From an uncultured bacterium (GTDB lineage Bacteria > Planctomycetota > UBA1135 > GCA-002686595): DNA of 64,000 nt. A model generated the notes under the pieces. That model saw only the letters and a list, made by a program, of their open reading frames with translations, was not told where the DNA came from and made no database searches. Numbering within the stretch: the stretch's first letter is position 1; each line of letters starts with the position of its first letter. A program made the position numbers and the translations under genes. Below, piece by piece: positions 9,786-19,716 of the stretch. Location of the stretch: assembly GCA_943787795.1 (NCBI GenBank), contig CALSNU010000001.1, forward strand, positions 960,001-1,024,000. Reading direction: 5' to 3'.

Positions 9786-10966
9786 TCGACGCGATCCGCG
9801 GCGCCTTCAGTCGCATTGTCTCCACGGGCCACGTGCGCTGGTCCGAGTTCGCGTGGCCCGTCCTGCTGCTGGCCGCGGGATTGCTCGCCGCGGGGATGAC
9901 GTTCATCTCGGTCATGGCGGCCTCGGCGAGCAACCCCGAGCTGGGGGGCGTCGATTACGAGGGCCACCGCCAGAAGATCCTGGTGGCGTTGCCTGTGTTC
10001 TTCGCAGGCCTCTTCCTTCGACCGAGTTGGCTCAAGCGGAACGCCGCGTTGATCTACTCGGGGTGTCTCGTCCTCCTGGCTCTGGTGCCGTGGATCGGGG
10101 ATGAGCGGAACAATGCAAGGCGCTGGATCCAGCTGCCCAAGTTCGACCTGCAGCCGAGCGAGCTCGCCAAGATCGGGGTCATCCTCATGCTCGCCAGGGT
10201 GCTCCACGAGAACCCCCTGAAGACCGGGCGAGACTGGCTGAAGCCGATGCTGGTGACGGCGGTCCCCATGCTGCTCGTCGCCGCGCAGCCGGACCTCGGG
10301 ACGGCGCTGACCCTGGTGCCGGTGCTGGGGGGGCTGCTCTACCTCGCGGGGGGGAGTGGCCGGGCGCTCTGCGCTCTCGGCCTCGCCGGGATCGCCGCCG
10401 GGGTCGGGGTCTGGCAGAGCGGCCACGTGCAGTCCTACCAGCTCGAGCGGATCGAGACCTGGGTCGAGTCCTTTGACGACCGGGAGCTGATCGCGTCGCG
10501 CAATGGCCTCGGCTTTCACACCTATCACGCGCGGACCTTCACCGGGAACGGAGGCCTCTACGGGCGGGGGCTAGGCGAGGGGGTCGCCAATGAGACGGGC
10601 CTCTTGCCGGAGCGTGACTCGGACTCAATCATCGCGGTGATCGGTGAGGAGTGGGGCTTCGCGGGGACGGCGCTGGTGATCGTCCTCTACGGGCTGATGG
10701 TCGGGCTGCTCATGCTCCACGCCGCCGGGCTCCGGGATCGGTTCTCCAGGCTCGTCGTGGGGGGCGTGGCGATCTACTTCGCCGCGCACCTGTTCATCAA
10801 CGTCTCCGTCAATCTCGGTCTGCTGCCGATGACGGGGCTCACGCTGCCGCTGTTCTCCACCGGCGGCTCCTCGCTCCTCGCGACCTTCCTCGCCCTCGGT
10901 CTGGCGCTCGGGCTCTCGTCCCATCACGAGCGCAGCCTGGGTGGCGACGCCTTCCGGCGGTACTGA
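9782..10966 (+). CDS. rodA: SEDS glycosyltransferase RodA
   Basis: ARRWI, LQPSELAKI, QPDLGTAL, LPERDSDSI, IGEEWGF, LLPMTGLTLPLFSTGGSS. Confidence 0.93.
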   Translation: MIDAIRGAFSRIVSTGHVRWSEFAWPVLLLAAGLLAAGMTFISVMAASASNPELGGVDYEGHRQKILVALPVFFAGLFLRPSWLKRNAALIYSGCLVLLALVPWIGDERNNARRWIQLPKFDLQPSELAKIGVILMLARVLHENPLKTGRDWLKPMLVTAVPMLLVAAQPDLGTALTLVPVLGGLLYLAGGSGRALCALGLAGIAAGVGVWQSGHVQSYQLERIETWVESFDDRELIASRNGLGFHTYHARTFTGNGGLYGRGLGEGVANETGLLPERDSDSIIAVIGEEWGFAGTALVIVLYGLMVGLLMLHAAGLRDRFSRLVVGGVAIYFAAHLFINVSVNLGLLPMTGLTLPLFSTGGSSLLATFLALGLALGLSSHHERSLGGDAFRRY

Positions 10967-10979
10967 CGAGAGCGTCGAT

Positions 10980-11008
10980 GGGCCCCTGACGGCGTCCGTC
11001 AAGGGCCC
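10980..11008. terminator. Hairpin between convergent rodA and SNF2 genes
   Basis: GGGCCC-C-TGACGG-CGT-CCGTCA-A-GGGCCC. Confidence 0.5.
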
Positions 11009-11041
11009 GATGGAGCGGGACCGCGCCGCGCACCGCGGGGC

Positions 11042-14000
11042 TCAGGACAACAGGAACTGCAGGTCGTCCGAGTCGAGATCCGAGAGCGACGACGCCGCCC
11101 CGCCGAGCACCAGCGAGGACAGGTCGCGCTTCTTCTCCTGGAGCTCAAGGACTCGATCCTCGATCGTGTCGCTGGCGATCATCCGGTAGACGTGCACCGG
11201 GTGCTCACGGCCGATGCGGTGGGCGCGGTCGATGGCCTGGGCCTCGACGGCGGGGTTCCACCAGGGGTCGAGCAGGAAGACGTAGTCGGCGGCGGTGAGG
11301 TTGAGGCCCGTCCCGCCGGCCTTGAGGCTGACGAGGAAGAGGGGCACCTCGGGGTCTTGCTGGAAGGCGTTGACCTCGGCCTCGCGCTTGCGCGTGCTGC
11401 CGTCCAGGTAGGAGTAGCGCAGGCCCTTGGCGTCCAGGGCGGCCCGGACGATGCCCAGGAACCCGGTGAACTGCGAGAAGATGAGGGCCTTGTGCCCCTG
11501 GTCCACGAGCTCCTCCACGAGGGGGAGCAGGACGTCCAGTTTGGCGGAGGACTCTCCCTGGCGGGTGGGGTCGATGAGGCCGGGGTGGCACGAGGTCTGC
11601 CGCAGGCGCAGCAGGGCCTTGAGGACCTCGACGCCGCCGCGGGAACCCGCGGCCGCGAAGCTCGAGCGGTAGTGTTGGCGGATCTCGTCGTAGTCCTGGC
11701 GCTGCTTGCCGTCGAGGGTGCACTCGAGGACCTGCTCGGTCTTGGGCGGCAGGTCGTCCAGCACCTCGTCCTTGGTCCGGCGGAGCAGGAACGGCCGCAC
11801 AGCGCGCACCAGGATGTCCCGTGACTCGTCGTCGAGTCTGGCGGAGCGGCCCTTGGCCCGCAGGCGCTGGCCGAGCCGCGTCCCCTCCAGGGTCCCGGGG
11901 TTCAGGAACTCAAGCAGCGAGCCAAGCTCACCGAGGTGGTTCTCCACCGGGGTACCGGAGAGGGCGAGACGCTGGCGGGCCTTCAGGCCGCGTGCCGCCG
12001 CGGCCGTCTGGCTCGCGGCGTTCTTGATCGCCTGGGCCTCATCGAGGACCACGAGGTCGAAGTCGATCTGGGCCAGCTCGGCCTGGTCGCGGCGGAGCGT
12101 GCCGTAGGTGGTGAGCAGGATGTCCGGGGACTCCGCGCTGTCGAGGGCCTCCAGGCGGTTGGCGCCCGTGTAATTCACGACCCCGAGGTCCGGGGCGAAG
12201 CGCTTGGCCTCGGCCCGCCAGTTGAAGATGACCGACCGCGGCGCGATGACGAGGGACGGCCGCCGCTCCTCGGAGAGGCGGGTTCGGTGGAGCAGATAGG
12301 CGAGGATCTGGACCGTCTTACCGAGGCCCATGTCGTCGGCCAGGCAGCCGCCGAGACCCAGGTCGCTCAGCTGCTTGAGCCAGCCGAGGCCCTCGCGCTG
12401 GTAGGGGCGTAGCTCGCCCACGAAGGACTCCGGCTCGTCCATGGGGACGGGGGAGGAGGCCTCGCTCAGGAGGGAGCGCAGGTCGGCGAAGGGCTCGTCC
12501 ATCTCCACCGCGTCCATGGACGCCTGGCGCTCGAGCAGCGCCGAGAGGACCCACCCCTGCTCCTTGCTGAAGCGGACCTTGCCGTCCTCGGTTTGCCCGA
12601 CCTCGAGGAGCTTCCAGCGGGACGCCCAGTCCTTCGGGAGCAGGCCGCGGGACCCGTCGGGCAGGGTGACGAACTTGGCGCCGCGGTCCGCCGCCGCGAG
12701 GAGCGCGGGGAACGGGACCTCTTGCCCCTCGAAGGACACGTGACCGTCCAGGTCGAACCAGTCGATGCCGGACTGCACGGAGGCCGCGGAGCCGGTGCTG
12801 GAGCGCACGCTCTTGCCGTCCGCCTCCACGTCCCAGCCCTCGGAGAGGAGCCGTGCGATCAGGAACTCGATGTCCTTGGCGGGTACCCGGGCCGTGGCGA
12901 TCTCCTCTTCGGGGTCGAGCTTTCGGCTCCCGCCCGCGTCGAGGAAGGTCCGCAGCGCGGCTCGCTCCCCCTCGAGGTCTCGGGAGAAGACCTGGCCGGC
13001 CTCGTCCTCGAGGGACCAGCCGTAGGTGTCCGCGGCCACTCGCCGGGATCCGTACACGAACGTGATGTCGGCCTCGAGCATCTTGGAGCTGCCCTCCTCC
13101 TCTTCGGGCAGCCGCACGACCAGCAGGGGGGTCACCTTCGGACCGGTCTGGATGGAGCCTGGCGCCATGACCTGGTTGCCAAGCTGGGCCAGGGCGCGTC
13201 GCAGCCGCGACTCGCCCCCCGCGGGCGTCTTGAGCTCGCCGCGTTGACGGAGGACCGCGGTCACCGGCGCCGCGGCCATGGGCTCGAGCCGCGACAGGGC
13301 TCCGTTGATGATCAGGTGCCCGTCGGCGGAGACCATGGCGACCTCCGAGAGCTGGAGGTGCTCATCGCCTCGGTCGAGGTGGCCGGTCAGGATCAGGGGC
13401 TCGTCCTCGCCGCCGTCGCGGCCCAGGGAGAGCCGCACCTTCCAGGGGTGATCCAGCTCGTTGCTGAGCGGGGCCGGGAGGCTGCCGCCGTCGGGATCCT
13501 CGGAGCTGGAGGGCGCCAGGAACAGGCGCTCGGTGTCCACGAGGACGCGCATGGCCGCCTCGGTACCCGGCCCGCCCAGGTGCCAGGTCTCGGGTGGAGC
13601 CTCGTAGCCGGTGACCGCACGGCCGCGGCCCCCGGGGCCGTCGAGGAGCGCGACGATCTCGATGTCCTCGCTGCGCGACATGCGCACGTCGTCCCAGTCC
13701 TTTCGGCCGATCTCGAGGGCTGCGCCCCAGGACCCGTCGGCGCGGCGGCGGCGACGGCGGATCGAGATCGAGAATCCTGCGGTGGCCCCCGGAGAGGGGA
13801 TGGTCAGGGCGTATTCGATGCGGAGGAAGGCCTCCCGTTCGAGGGCCTCCCAGGGGCTCGCACCCTCCTCGACGCCCGCAGCCTCGACCACCGCGTCCAG
13901 GAAGTCCCGGCGCTCGCGGTCGTCCTTGCGGACCTCCGTCCGCTCGGCGCGCCAGCCGCCGAGCCCCATCTGGCGGGCGGCGACCACGAGGGCCGCCCAG

Positions 14001-14455
14001 ACGTGGCGGCATCCGCCTTCGATGGCGAAGCGGTCGCAGGAGCACTCAGCGTCCACGAGGCCGCCCCGGCCGACCCGTACGGCGAAGGGCTCGTCCCGGT
14101 CGGTCACCGAGACGGAGAACCCGCGGGTCTCCAGCTGGATCTTGCCCACGAGGTCGCGCCGGGCGAGGCCCTCGCCTCGACCACGCTCGACCCCCTTGAG
14201 ACCCCGCAGCATGGCCTGACGGGTGTCCTGAACGATGGCTCGGAGCTCATCGCTCAGGTTCAGGCTCTCCACGACCTCCGCCAGGGACCCTTCCCCGCCC
14301 TGAGTGTCCCCGCCTTGGGATTCCTCACCCTGGGCTTGGCCCCCCTCGGCTTCGCCGCTCGCCATGTCGGGCGAGGGGGCTGGGTCCAGGGGGGGCTCGT
14401 GCTCGCGTGAGTCCGAGTCGGGGTTCACGGTGGCGTCGCCGGAGTCACTGTTCAT
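11042..14455 (-). CDS. SWIM zinc-finger SNF2-family helicase (paralogue 1)
   Basis: SWIM CSC-x8-CRH; LADDMGLGKT, LDEAQ, LSGTPVEN, SLKAGGTGLNLTAAD, QAIDRAHRIG. Confidence 0.93.
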   Translation of the reverse strand: MNSDSGDATVNPDSDSREHEPPLDPAPSPDMASGEAEGGQAQGEESQGGDTQGGEGSLAEVVESLNLSDELRAIVQDTRQAMLRGLKGVERGRGEGLARRDLVGKIQLETRGFSVSVTDRDEPFAVRVGRGGLVDAECSCDRFAIEGGCRHVWAALVVAARQMGLGGWRAERTEVRKDDRERRDFLDAVVEAAGVEEGASPWEALEREAFLRIEYALTIPSPGATAGFSISIRRRRRRADGSWGAALEIGRKDWDDVRMSRSEDIEIVALLDGPGGRGRAVTGYEAPPETWHLGGPGTEAAMRVLVDTERLFLAPSSSEDPDGGSLPAPLSNELDHPWKVRLSLGRDGGEDEPLILTGHLDRGDEHLQLSEVAMVSADGHLIINGALSRLEPMAAAPVTAVLRQRGELKTPAGGESRLRRALAQLGNQVMAPGSIQTGPKVTPLLVVRLPEEEEGSSKMLEADITFVYGSRRVAADTYGWSLEDEAGQVFSRDLEGERAALRTFLDAGGSRKLDPEEEIATARVPAKDIEFLIARLLSEGWDVEADGKSVRSSTGSAASVQSGIDWFDLDGHVSFEGQEVPFPALLAAADRGAKFVTLPDGSRGLLPKDWASRWKLLEVGQTEDGKVRFSKEQGWVLSALLERQASMDAVEMDEPFADLRSLLSEASSPVPMDEPESFVGELRPYQREGLGWLKQLSDLGLGGCLADDMGLGKTVQILAYLLHRTRLSEERRPSLVIAPRSVIFNWRAEAKRFAPDLGVVNYTGANRLEALDSAESPDILLTTYGTLRRDQAELAQIDFDLVVLDEAQAIKNAASQTAAAARGLKARQRLALSGTPVENHLGELGSLLEFLNPGTLEGTRLGQRLRAKGRSARLDDESRDILVRAVRPFLLRRTKDEVLDDLPPKTEQVLECTLDGKQRQDYDEIRQHYRSSFAAAGSRGGVEVLKALLRLRQTSCHPGLIDPTRQGESSAKLDVLLPLVEELVDQGHKALIFSQFTGFLGIVRAALDAKGLRYSYLDGSTRKREAEVNAFQQDPEVPLFLVSLKAGGTGLNLTAADYVFLLDPWWNPAVEAQAIDRAHRIGREHPVHVYRMIASDTIEDRVLELQEKKRDLSSLVLGGAASSLSDLDSDDLQFLLS

Positions 14456-14567
14456 GGGTCTTCAGGCCTCGCTGAGGCCGGCCCCACATTCTGGACACTC
14501 TATGACCGCCGAACCATCAAGTTCCCGCGGGAACCAAAGAGCAAATTGATCGGAGGCCCGAGTCACT

Positions 14568-15905
14568 TCAACGCGACCTGGGCTTCCACAGGGCAAACAC
14601 CAGCCAGCCGACGGCGAGCACTCCCACGCCGAGCATCGTGACCTGGGGTCGTGTCACCACGAGGTTGCCCACCACGATGGCCGCGGCGAGCGCAGCGTAG
14701 GTGGCAGGGAACAGGGGGAACCACAGGCTGCGGAACGGCCGGTCGGGACCGAGGCGTTTGGCGAGGGTGATAAGGGCGAGGCCGGCGAGGCCGTGGAAGA
14801 TCCACTCGGCGAAGACCACGGCGCCGGTGAGCGTGTCCACGTGGGCGGCGTCGTAGGCGCTCCACGCCAGATAGAGGAGCACCAGCACGCACTGGGAGAT
14901 CAGGGCCACCACCGGCGCGCCGGTGCGCGGGTGCATCCAGCCGAAGGCCCGCAGGAAGAGCCCCTCCCTCGCCATGGCCACGTAGATGCCCGGGGTGGTG
15001 ATGAGCGTCGCCACCAGGAACCCGAGGGCCGAGATGGCCATGGCGGCGGTGATGAACGTCGCGCCCACGTTGGCGCCCAGGGCGAGCTCGGCCATGCGGT
15101 TGGCCATGGGCTGATCGGACTGGGCGGCCATGCCCCCGATACCGAGGACGCGCAGGTAGGCGAGGTTCACCAGGAGGTAGATCACCGCCACGCCGGCGAC
15201 GCCCATGACAATGGCCCGTGGCAGGTTGTGCTCGGGGTCCTTGACCGCCGGGGCGATGTAGCTGATGAGCTGCCAGCCCCCGTACGAGAACAGCACGCTC
15301 AGGGAGGCCCCGAGCATGCCGTCCACCAGGCCGTCGGAGGTGCGGTCGGCAGCGGCCACGGCCACCGCCTCGGCCGGCTCGGCGAAGAGGGCCAGGCCGA
15401 AGACGATGAACGTCCCCACGGCCGCGATCTTGAGCAGCATGCAGAGGTTCTGGAAGAGCGCCCCGCTCTTCAGCCCCGCCAGCCCGATCCCCGTCACCAG
15501 CAGGACGATGCCCGCAGCCACGGCGAGCTCACCGCCGTCCCCGAGCCCCGCGAGCTCGGCGACCTGCGCCGAGAAGAAGCGGGCCACCAGGGCGCAGGCG
15601 CCGGTGGAGACCACCAGCAGGACCACCCAGGCGAACAGGAACGACGTCCGTGCCCCGAAGGCCTCGCGGAGGAAGACATACCAGCCCCCGGTGCGAGGGT
15701 AGGCCGCCGACAGCTCGGCGAAGGTCATGGCTCCAGAGAGCGCCGCGAGGGCGCCGAGGCCCCACATGGCGAGGTAGGCGCCGGGCTCGGTGACCTCCCG
15801 GGCGATCTCGGGGGGCGTGAAGAAGATCCCGATGCCGAGGATCCCACCCATGACGAGCATGGTGGCGTCGAAGAGGCTGAGCTTGCGGGTCGCGGCGTCC
15901 GTCAT
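14568..15905 (-). CDS. APC-superfamily amino acid permease
   Basis: GGILGIGIFFTP, FAELSAAYPRTGG, FSYGGW, VKDPEHNLPRAI; many TM segments. Confidence 0.9.
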   Translation of the reverse strand: MTDAATRKLSLFDATMLVMGGILGIGIFFTPPEIAREVTEPGAYLAMWGLGALAALSGAMTFAELSAAYPRTGGWYVFLREAFGARTSFLFAWVVLLVVSTGACALVARFFSAQVAELAGLGDGGELAVAAGIVLLVTGIGLAGLKSGALFQNLCMLLKIAAVGTFIVFGLALFAEPAEAVAVAAADRTSDGLVDGMLGASLSVLFSYGGWQLISYIAPAVKDPEHNLPRAIVMGVAGVAVIYLLVNLAYLRVLGIGGMAAQSDQPMANRMAELALGANVGATFITAAMAISALGFLVATLITTPGIYVAMAREGLFLRAFGWMHPRTGAPVVALISQCVLVLLYLAWSAYDAAHVDTLTGAVVFAEWIFHGLAGLALITLAKRLGPDRPFRSLWFPLFPATYAALAAAIVVGNLVVTRPQVTMLGVGVLAVGWLVFALWKPRSR

Positions 15906-15909
15906 GGCA

Positions 15910-18900
15910 TCAGGTGAGAAGGAACTCGAGGTCGTCGGGGCCAAGGTCGGAGAGGGTCGTGGCGGCTCCCTCCAGGGCGGTCCTCGCGAGCTCGGACTTG
16001 CGGTCCTGGAGCTCGACCACGCGGGCCTCGACCGTGCCCTCGGTGAGGACGCGGTAGACGTGGACCGGCCGGGTCCGACCGATCCTGTGGGCGCGGTCCA
16101 CGGCCTGGGCCTCGGCGGCGGGGTTCCACCAGGGATCCATCAGGAACACATAGTCGGCCGCGGTCAGGTTGAGGCCGGCGCCGCCGGCCTTGAGGCTGAT
16201 GAGGAACACGCAGCCCTCCGCGGCCGTCTGGAAGCGCTCGACCACGGCGCCGCGGTCCCGGGTGGCACCCTCGAGGACGTGGTAGGGGATGCGCGCGGTC
16301 TCGAGCCGAGTCCGGATGAGGCCGAGCAGCCGGGTGAACGAGGAGAAGACGATGGCCTTGCGTCCGCTGGCCACGAGCTCCTCGAGCATCGGCAGCAGGA
16401 GGTCGAGCTTGCCCGAGCTCTCGGCCACGAGGGATGGATCGACGAGCCCGGGGTGGCAGGCGGCCTGACGCAGCCGGGTCAGGGCCGAGAGCACGTGCAC
16501 CTCCACCTCGCCGGGGTTCTCAAGCCGCTCCTTGCGTCGCTGGCCCTTGCTCTTTGAGAGCTCGGCTCGGAAGTACCTGGAGAGGTCCTCGTAGGTGGTG
16601 CGCTGGGCGTCGCCCATGGGGGCGCTCAGGACCTGTTCGACCTTGGGCGGGAGGTCGGGGAGCACCGCGTCCTTCGTGCGACGGAAGAGGAAGGGGCGCA
16701 GGGCCTTGGCCATGAGGTCGCGCCCCTCCTCCGGGAGGGCGTGGCGGCCCCGCGGAGCGCCCAGGCTCGCGAAGGCGGCGTGGGCCCCCAGCATCCCGGG
16801 GTTGAGGAACTCCAGCTGGGACCACAGGTCGCCCAGGTGGTTCTCCATGGGAGTGCCCGAAAGTGCCAGCCGGCGGCGCGCCCGCAGCGCCCGTGCGGCG
16901 AGGGCGGTCTGGCTGCGGCGAGAGCGGATCGCCTGGGCCTCATCGAGGACCAGGACGTCGAGCTCGGTCTCCTCAACCTGGGTCGCGTCTCGGCGCAGGG
17001 TGCCGTAGGTGGTGACCAGGAGGGAGCCAGGCTTGGCCTGGTCGAGCCGCGTCCAGCGGTCGGGGCCCGTGAAGTCCAGGGTGGCGAGGGTCGGGGCGAA
17101 GCGCGCGGCCTCGTGGAGCCAGTTGAACACCAGGGAGCGCGGGGCGACCACCATGGAGTGTCGACCCTCGCTGCTGGAGGTCCGGCTCAGGAGGTAGGCC
17201 AGGACCTGCACGGTCTTGCCGAGGCCCATCTCGTCGGCGAGGCAGCCCGAGAGGCCGACCCGGTCGAGCGACAGCATCCAGCCGAGCCCCTCCCTTTGAT
17301 ACGGACGCAGCTCCCCTCGGAACTCCGGCGGGGGGGCAGCGGCCACGGGGGCCCCGAGGATTCCGAGCTGCTGGCGGAGGCGAGCGAAGGGCTCGTCCAC
17401 CTCGGCCGCCCGTTGCTCCGCGAGCGCGGCCACGGCCCATGCCTGGGAGGTGTCGAAGCGGACGCCCCCCTCGATCTCCTCCCCGAGCGCGGCGAGCTTC
17501 CAGCGCTCGAGCCAGCGTTCGGGCAGCAGCCCACGTGAGCCGTCACCCAGCTCCACGAAGCCGCGCTCGTTTCGCGCGGCGTCGAGGGCGGCCGGGAAGG
17601 GGACCTCCTCGTCTCCGAAGCGGACGGCCCCCACGAGGTCGAACCAGTCCACGCCGGTGCGGACCGAGAGGTTCACCGACCCCAGGCCCCGGATCACCTG
17701 ATCCCGGGCGGTGACTTGCCAGCCTTCATCCACGAGGGTGCCGACCATTCCGAGGAACTTCCCACCGGGGACCGCGGCGGCGGCTCCGGACCCGCTACCC
17801 GCGGCGCGCCCACCGAGCTCACGGAAGCGGAGGATCGCCGCGGCCTCGAACAGGGGTTGGCGGGGGACCGAGCGGCCCTCGAGGCCGGGCACGACCTTCG
17901 TGCGGTCGTCGGGCCGGACCCTCGTCCCCGAGTAGTCGAAGGTGACCTCGCACTCCACGCGCGCTTCACCCCCGGACTCGAGGGGAGCCTCCGCCCGCAA
18001 GCACGGCACCGGGCGCGGCGGCTCGGCGATCTCTGCCAGCCGAGGGCCGACCAGGGTCGCGGTCCCCGCGATGGCGGAGAGGCTCGGGGCCTCCTCTGCG
18101 GGGAGCTCAAGGGGCCCGGTGGAGAGCTCCAGCACGACGGCGGTCGCCTCGCCGGCCGGGAGCTTCAGGAGCTGCCAGGACCCGCGCAGGATGCACAGCC
18201 CGTCATGGGTCACCCTCGAGACCTCCTCGGCGCGGACGCGCTCCTTCTTGCCGAGGACGAGGCTGGCGTGCACGCGCCAGAGCGCGCGGGACTCGTCCTC
18301 GGCCTCGAGCTCGAGCCCGACGACCTCCTGGAGCTGGAGCCTGATGGGTTCTGGGGGCCCGCCGGAATCAGGGGTCACGAGGAGCGGCGCCGCGGCGGCC
18401 GCCGCCTCGAGGAGCGGGCGCGCGACGTCGCGCGTTACCGAGGCCACGGTCACGCCTCGGTGGGTGGGGTCCCTTCGCCACCCCGCGTCGCTCGCTCCGC
18501 TGGCCACGGCAGCGACCGCGGCATGGGCGGGCCCGAGGAGGGAGAGGTCCACGTCCCCTGCGTCCGCGCCGGAGAACGGGATGGGGACCCAGCTGGCCTC
18601 GGGCCCTCCTCGCTGGACCTGACATTCCAGGCGAGCCTCGAGCCCCTGTCGCCGCTCACCGAAGCGCAGCATGTAGCGGACCTCGATCGTGGCGGGGTCG
18701 GGAGCACGCCAGGGATCGAGGCGCCGGCCGCCCCCAGCCTCGATGCGATGGGTCACACGTTCCAGCCGGGTGAGCCAGCGGGGGGCAGAGCGATCCTGGG
18801 CTCTGGGTGCCTCTTCCTCGTCCAGCGCGGCCAGGGTGGCCTCGAGCAGGGCGACCGCGTGTGGGCAGGTGCCCCGGCGGCGAAAGTCCGCGCAGGGGCA

Positions 18901-19149
18901 GCGGGCGGTGCCCGGATCCTCCCAGTGCAGCTCGATCCGGATCGCCTGTCCCTCATCATCACAGACGGCCGCGGCCCCCCGCTTGTCCACCGAGACGGCC
19001 GTCAGGTGGGCGCCCGCGACCATGCGCCGTGCGCGCTCGCGGACCCGCGCCGTCGCATCTCCCCTGAACTGAGCCAGGAATCGACGCGCCTGGGTCTGGA
19101 TGCTGGCCCGGTCCGAGGGGCTGAGGGGGCGGGGATCAGGGGACGGCAT
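15910..19149 (-). CDS. SWIM zinc-finger SNF2-family helicase (paralogue 2)
   Basis: SWIM CPC-x8-CPH; LADEMGLGKT, LDEAQ, LSGTPMEN, QAVDRAHRIG; start placed at MPSPDP. Confidence 0.92.
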   Translation of the reverse strand: MPSPDPRPLSPSDRASIQTQARRFLAQFRGDATARVRERARRMVAGAHLTAVSVDKRGAAAVCDDEGQAIRIELHWEDPGTARCPCADFRRRGTCPHAVALLEATLAALDEEEAPRAQDRSAPRWLTRLERVTHRIEAGGGRRLDPWRAPDPATIEVRYMLRFGERRQGLEARLECQVQRGGPEASWVPIPFSGADAGDVDLSLLGPAHAAVAAVASGASDAGWRRDPTHRGVTVASVTRDVARPLLEAAAAAAPLLVTPDSGGPPEPIRLQLQEVVGLELEAEDESRALWRVHASLVLGKKERVRAEEVSRVTHDGLCILRGSWQLLKLPAGEATAVVLELSTGPLELPAEEAPSLSAIAGTATLVGPRLAEIAEPPRPVPCLRAEAPLESGGEARVECEVTFDYSGTRVRPDDRTKVVPGLEGRSVPRQPLFEAAAILRFRELGGRAAGSGSGAAAAVPGGKFLGMVGTLVDEGWQVTARDQVIRGLGSVNLSVRTGVDWFDLVGAVRFGDEEVPFPAALDAARNERGFVELGDGSRGLLPERWLERWKLAALGEEIEGGVRFDTSQAWAVAALAEQRAAEVDEPFARLRQQLGILGAPVAAAPPPEFRGELRPYQREGLGWMLSLDRVGLSGCLADEMGLGKTVQVLAYLLSRTSSSEGRHSMVVAPRSLVFNWLHEAARFAPTLATLDFTGPDRWTRLDQAKPGSLLVTTYGTLRRDATQVEETELDVLVLDEAQAIRSRRSQTALAARALRARRRLALSGTPMENHLGDLWSQLEFLNPGMLGAHAAFASLGAPRGRHALPEEGRDLMAKALRPFLFRRTKDAVLPDLPPKVEQVLSAPMGDAQRTTYEDLSRYFRAELSKSKGQRRKERLENPGEVEVHVLSALTRLRQAACHPGLVDPSLVAESSGKLDLLLPMLEELVASGRKAIVFSSFTRLLGLIRTRLETARIPYHVLEGATRDRGAVVERFQTAAEGCVFLISLKAGGAGLNLTAADYVFLMDPWWNPAAEAQAVDRAHRIGRTRPVHVYRVLTEGTVEARVVELQDRKSELARTALEGAATTLSDLGPDDLEFLLT

Positions 19150-19252
19150 CTGGCACAGTGTAGACGCAGGGCGGCTCCGTGCCGCGCGCTGGTCGGTCGC
19201 AGCCTTCCGTGTGAGGATCTCGTCCGGACCGGCCAGCAACCCGGGGACCTCG

Positions 19253-19281
19253 TTGCCCGTTGATGGGGCCAGCCCTAGACT
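19253..19281 (+). promoter_or_regulatory. Candidate sigma70-type promoter of the BMC operon
   Basis: TTGCCC-N17-TAGACT about 75 nt upstream of the first BMC-H start. Confidence 0.5.
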
Positions 19282-19355
19282 TATCGTCCGCATTCCACCG
19301 TGGAGGCCCAGGCGCCGCCGCGACCCCATCTCTCGACGAGCCAGGAGCTCTACCC

Positions 19356-19679
19356 ATGGCGAACCCCGCCGCGACCTCGAGGAAGCCGATGGCCCTCGGC
19401 ATGGTCGAAACCAAAGGACTGGTCGGTGCCATCGAGGCTGCCGACGCCATGGTCAAGGCCGCGATGGTCGAGCTCAGCGGACACGAGCGTGTCTCCGCAG
19501 GGCTCGTGACCTTCTTCGTTCAGGGCGAAGTCGGCGCCGTCAAGGCGGCGACTGACGCCGGAGCGGCGGCCGCTCGCCGGGTCGGCGAGCTCGTCAGCGT
19601 GCACGTGATCCCGCGCCCGCACGACCAACTGTGCAAGATCCTGCCGGAGATGCGCCCGACCTCGGGCGCCTCCAGCTGA
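19356..19679 (+). CDS. BMC-H hexameric shell protein (PduA/EutM-like)
   Basis: [54 protein letters not shown]. Confidence 0.96.
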   Translation: MANPAATSRKPMALGMVETKGLVGAIEAADAMVKAAMVELSGHERVSAGLVTFFVQGEVGAVKAATDAGAAAARRVGELVSVHVIPRPHDQLCKILPEMRPTSGASS

Positions 19680-19716
19680 TCGAACCCGGGGGCTCTTGCG
19701 GCCCCCCTGAACGATC

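Noticed and set aside
11042..19149. Anti-phage defence island built on SNF2 helicases
   Set aside because: No methylase, nuclease or other defence partner adjacent; stand-alone SWIM-SNF2 proteins are common.
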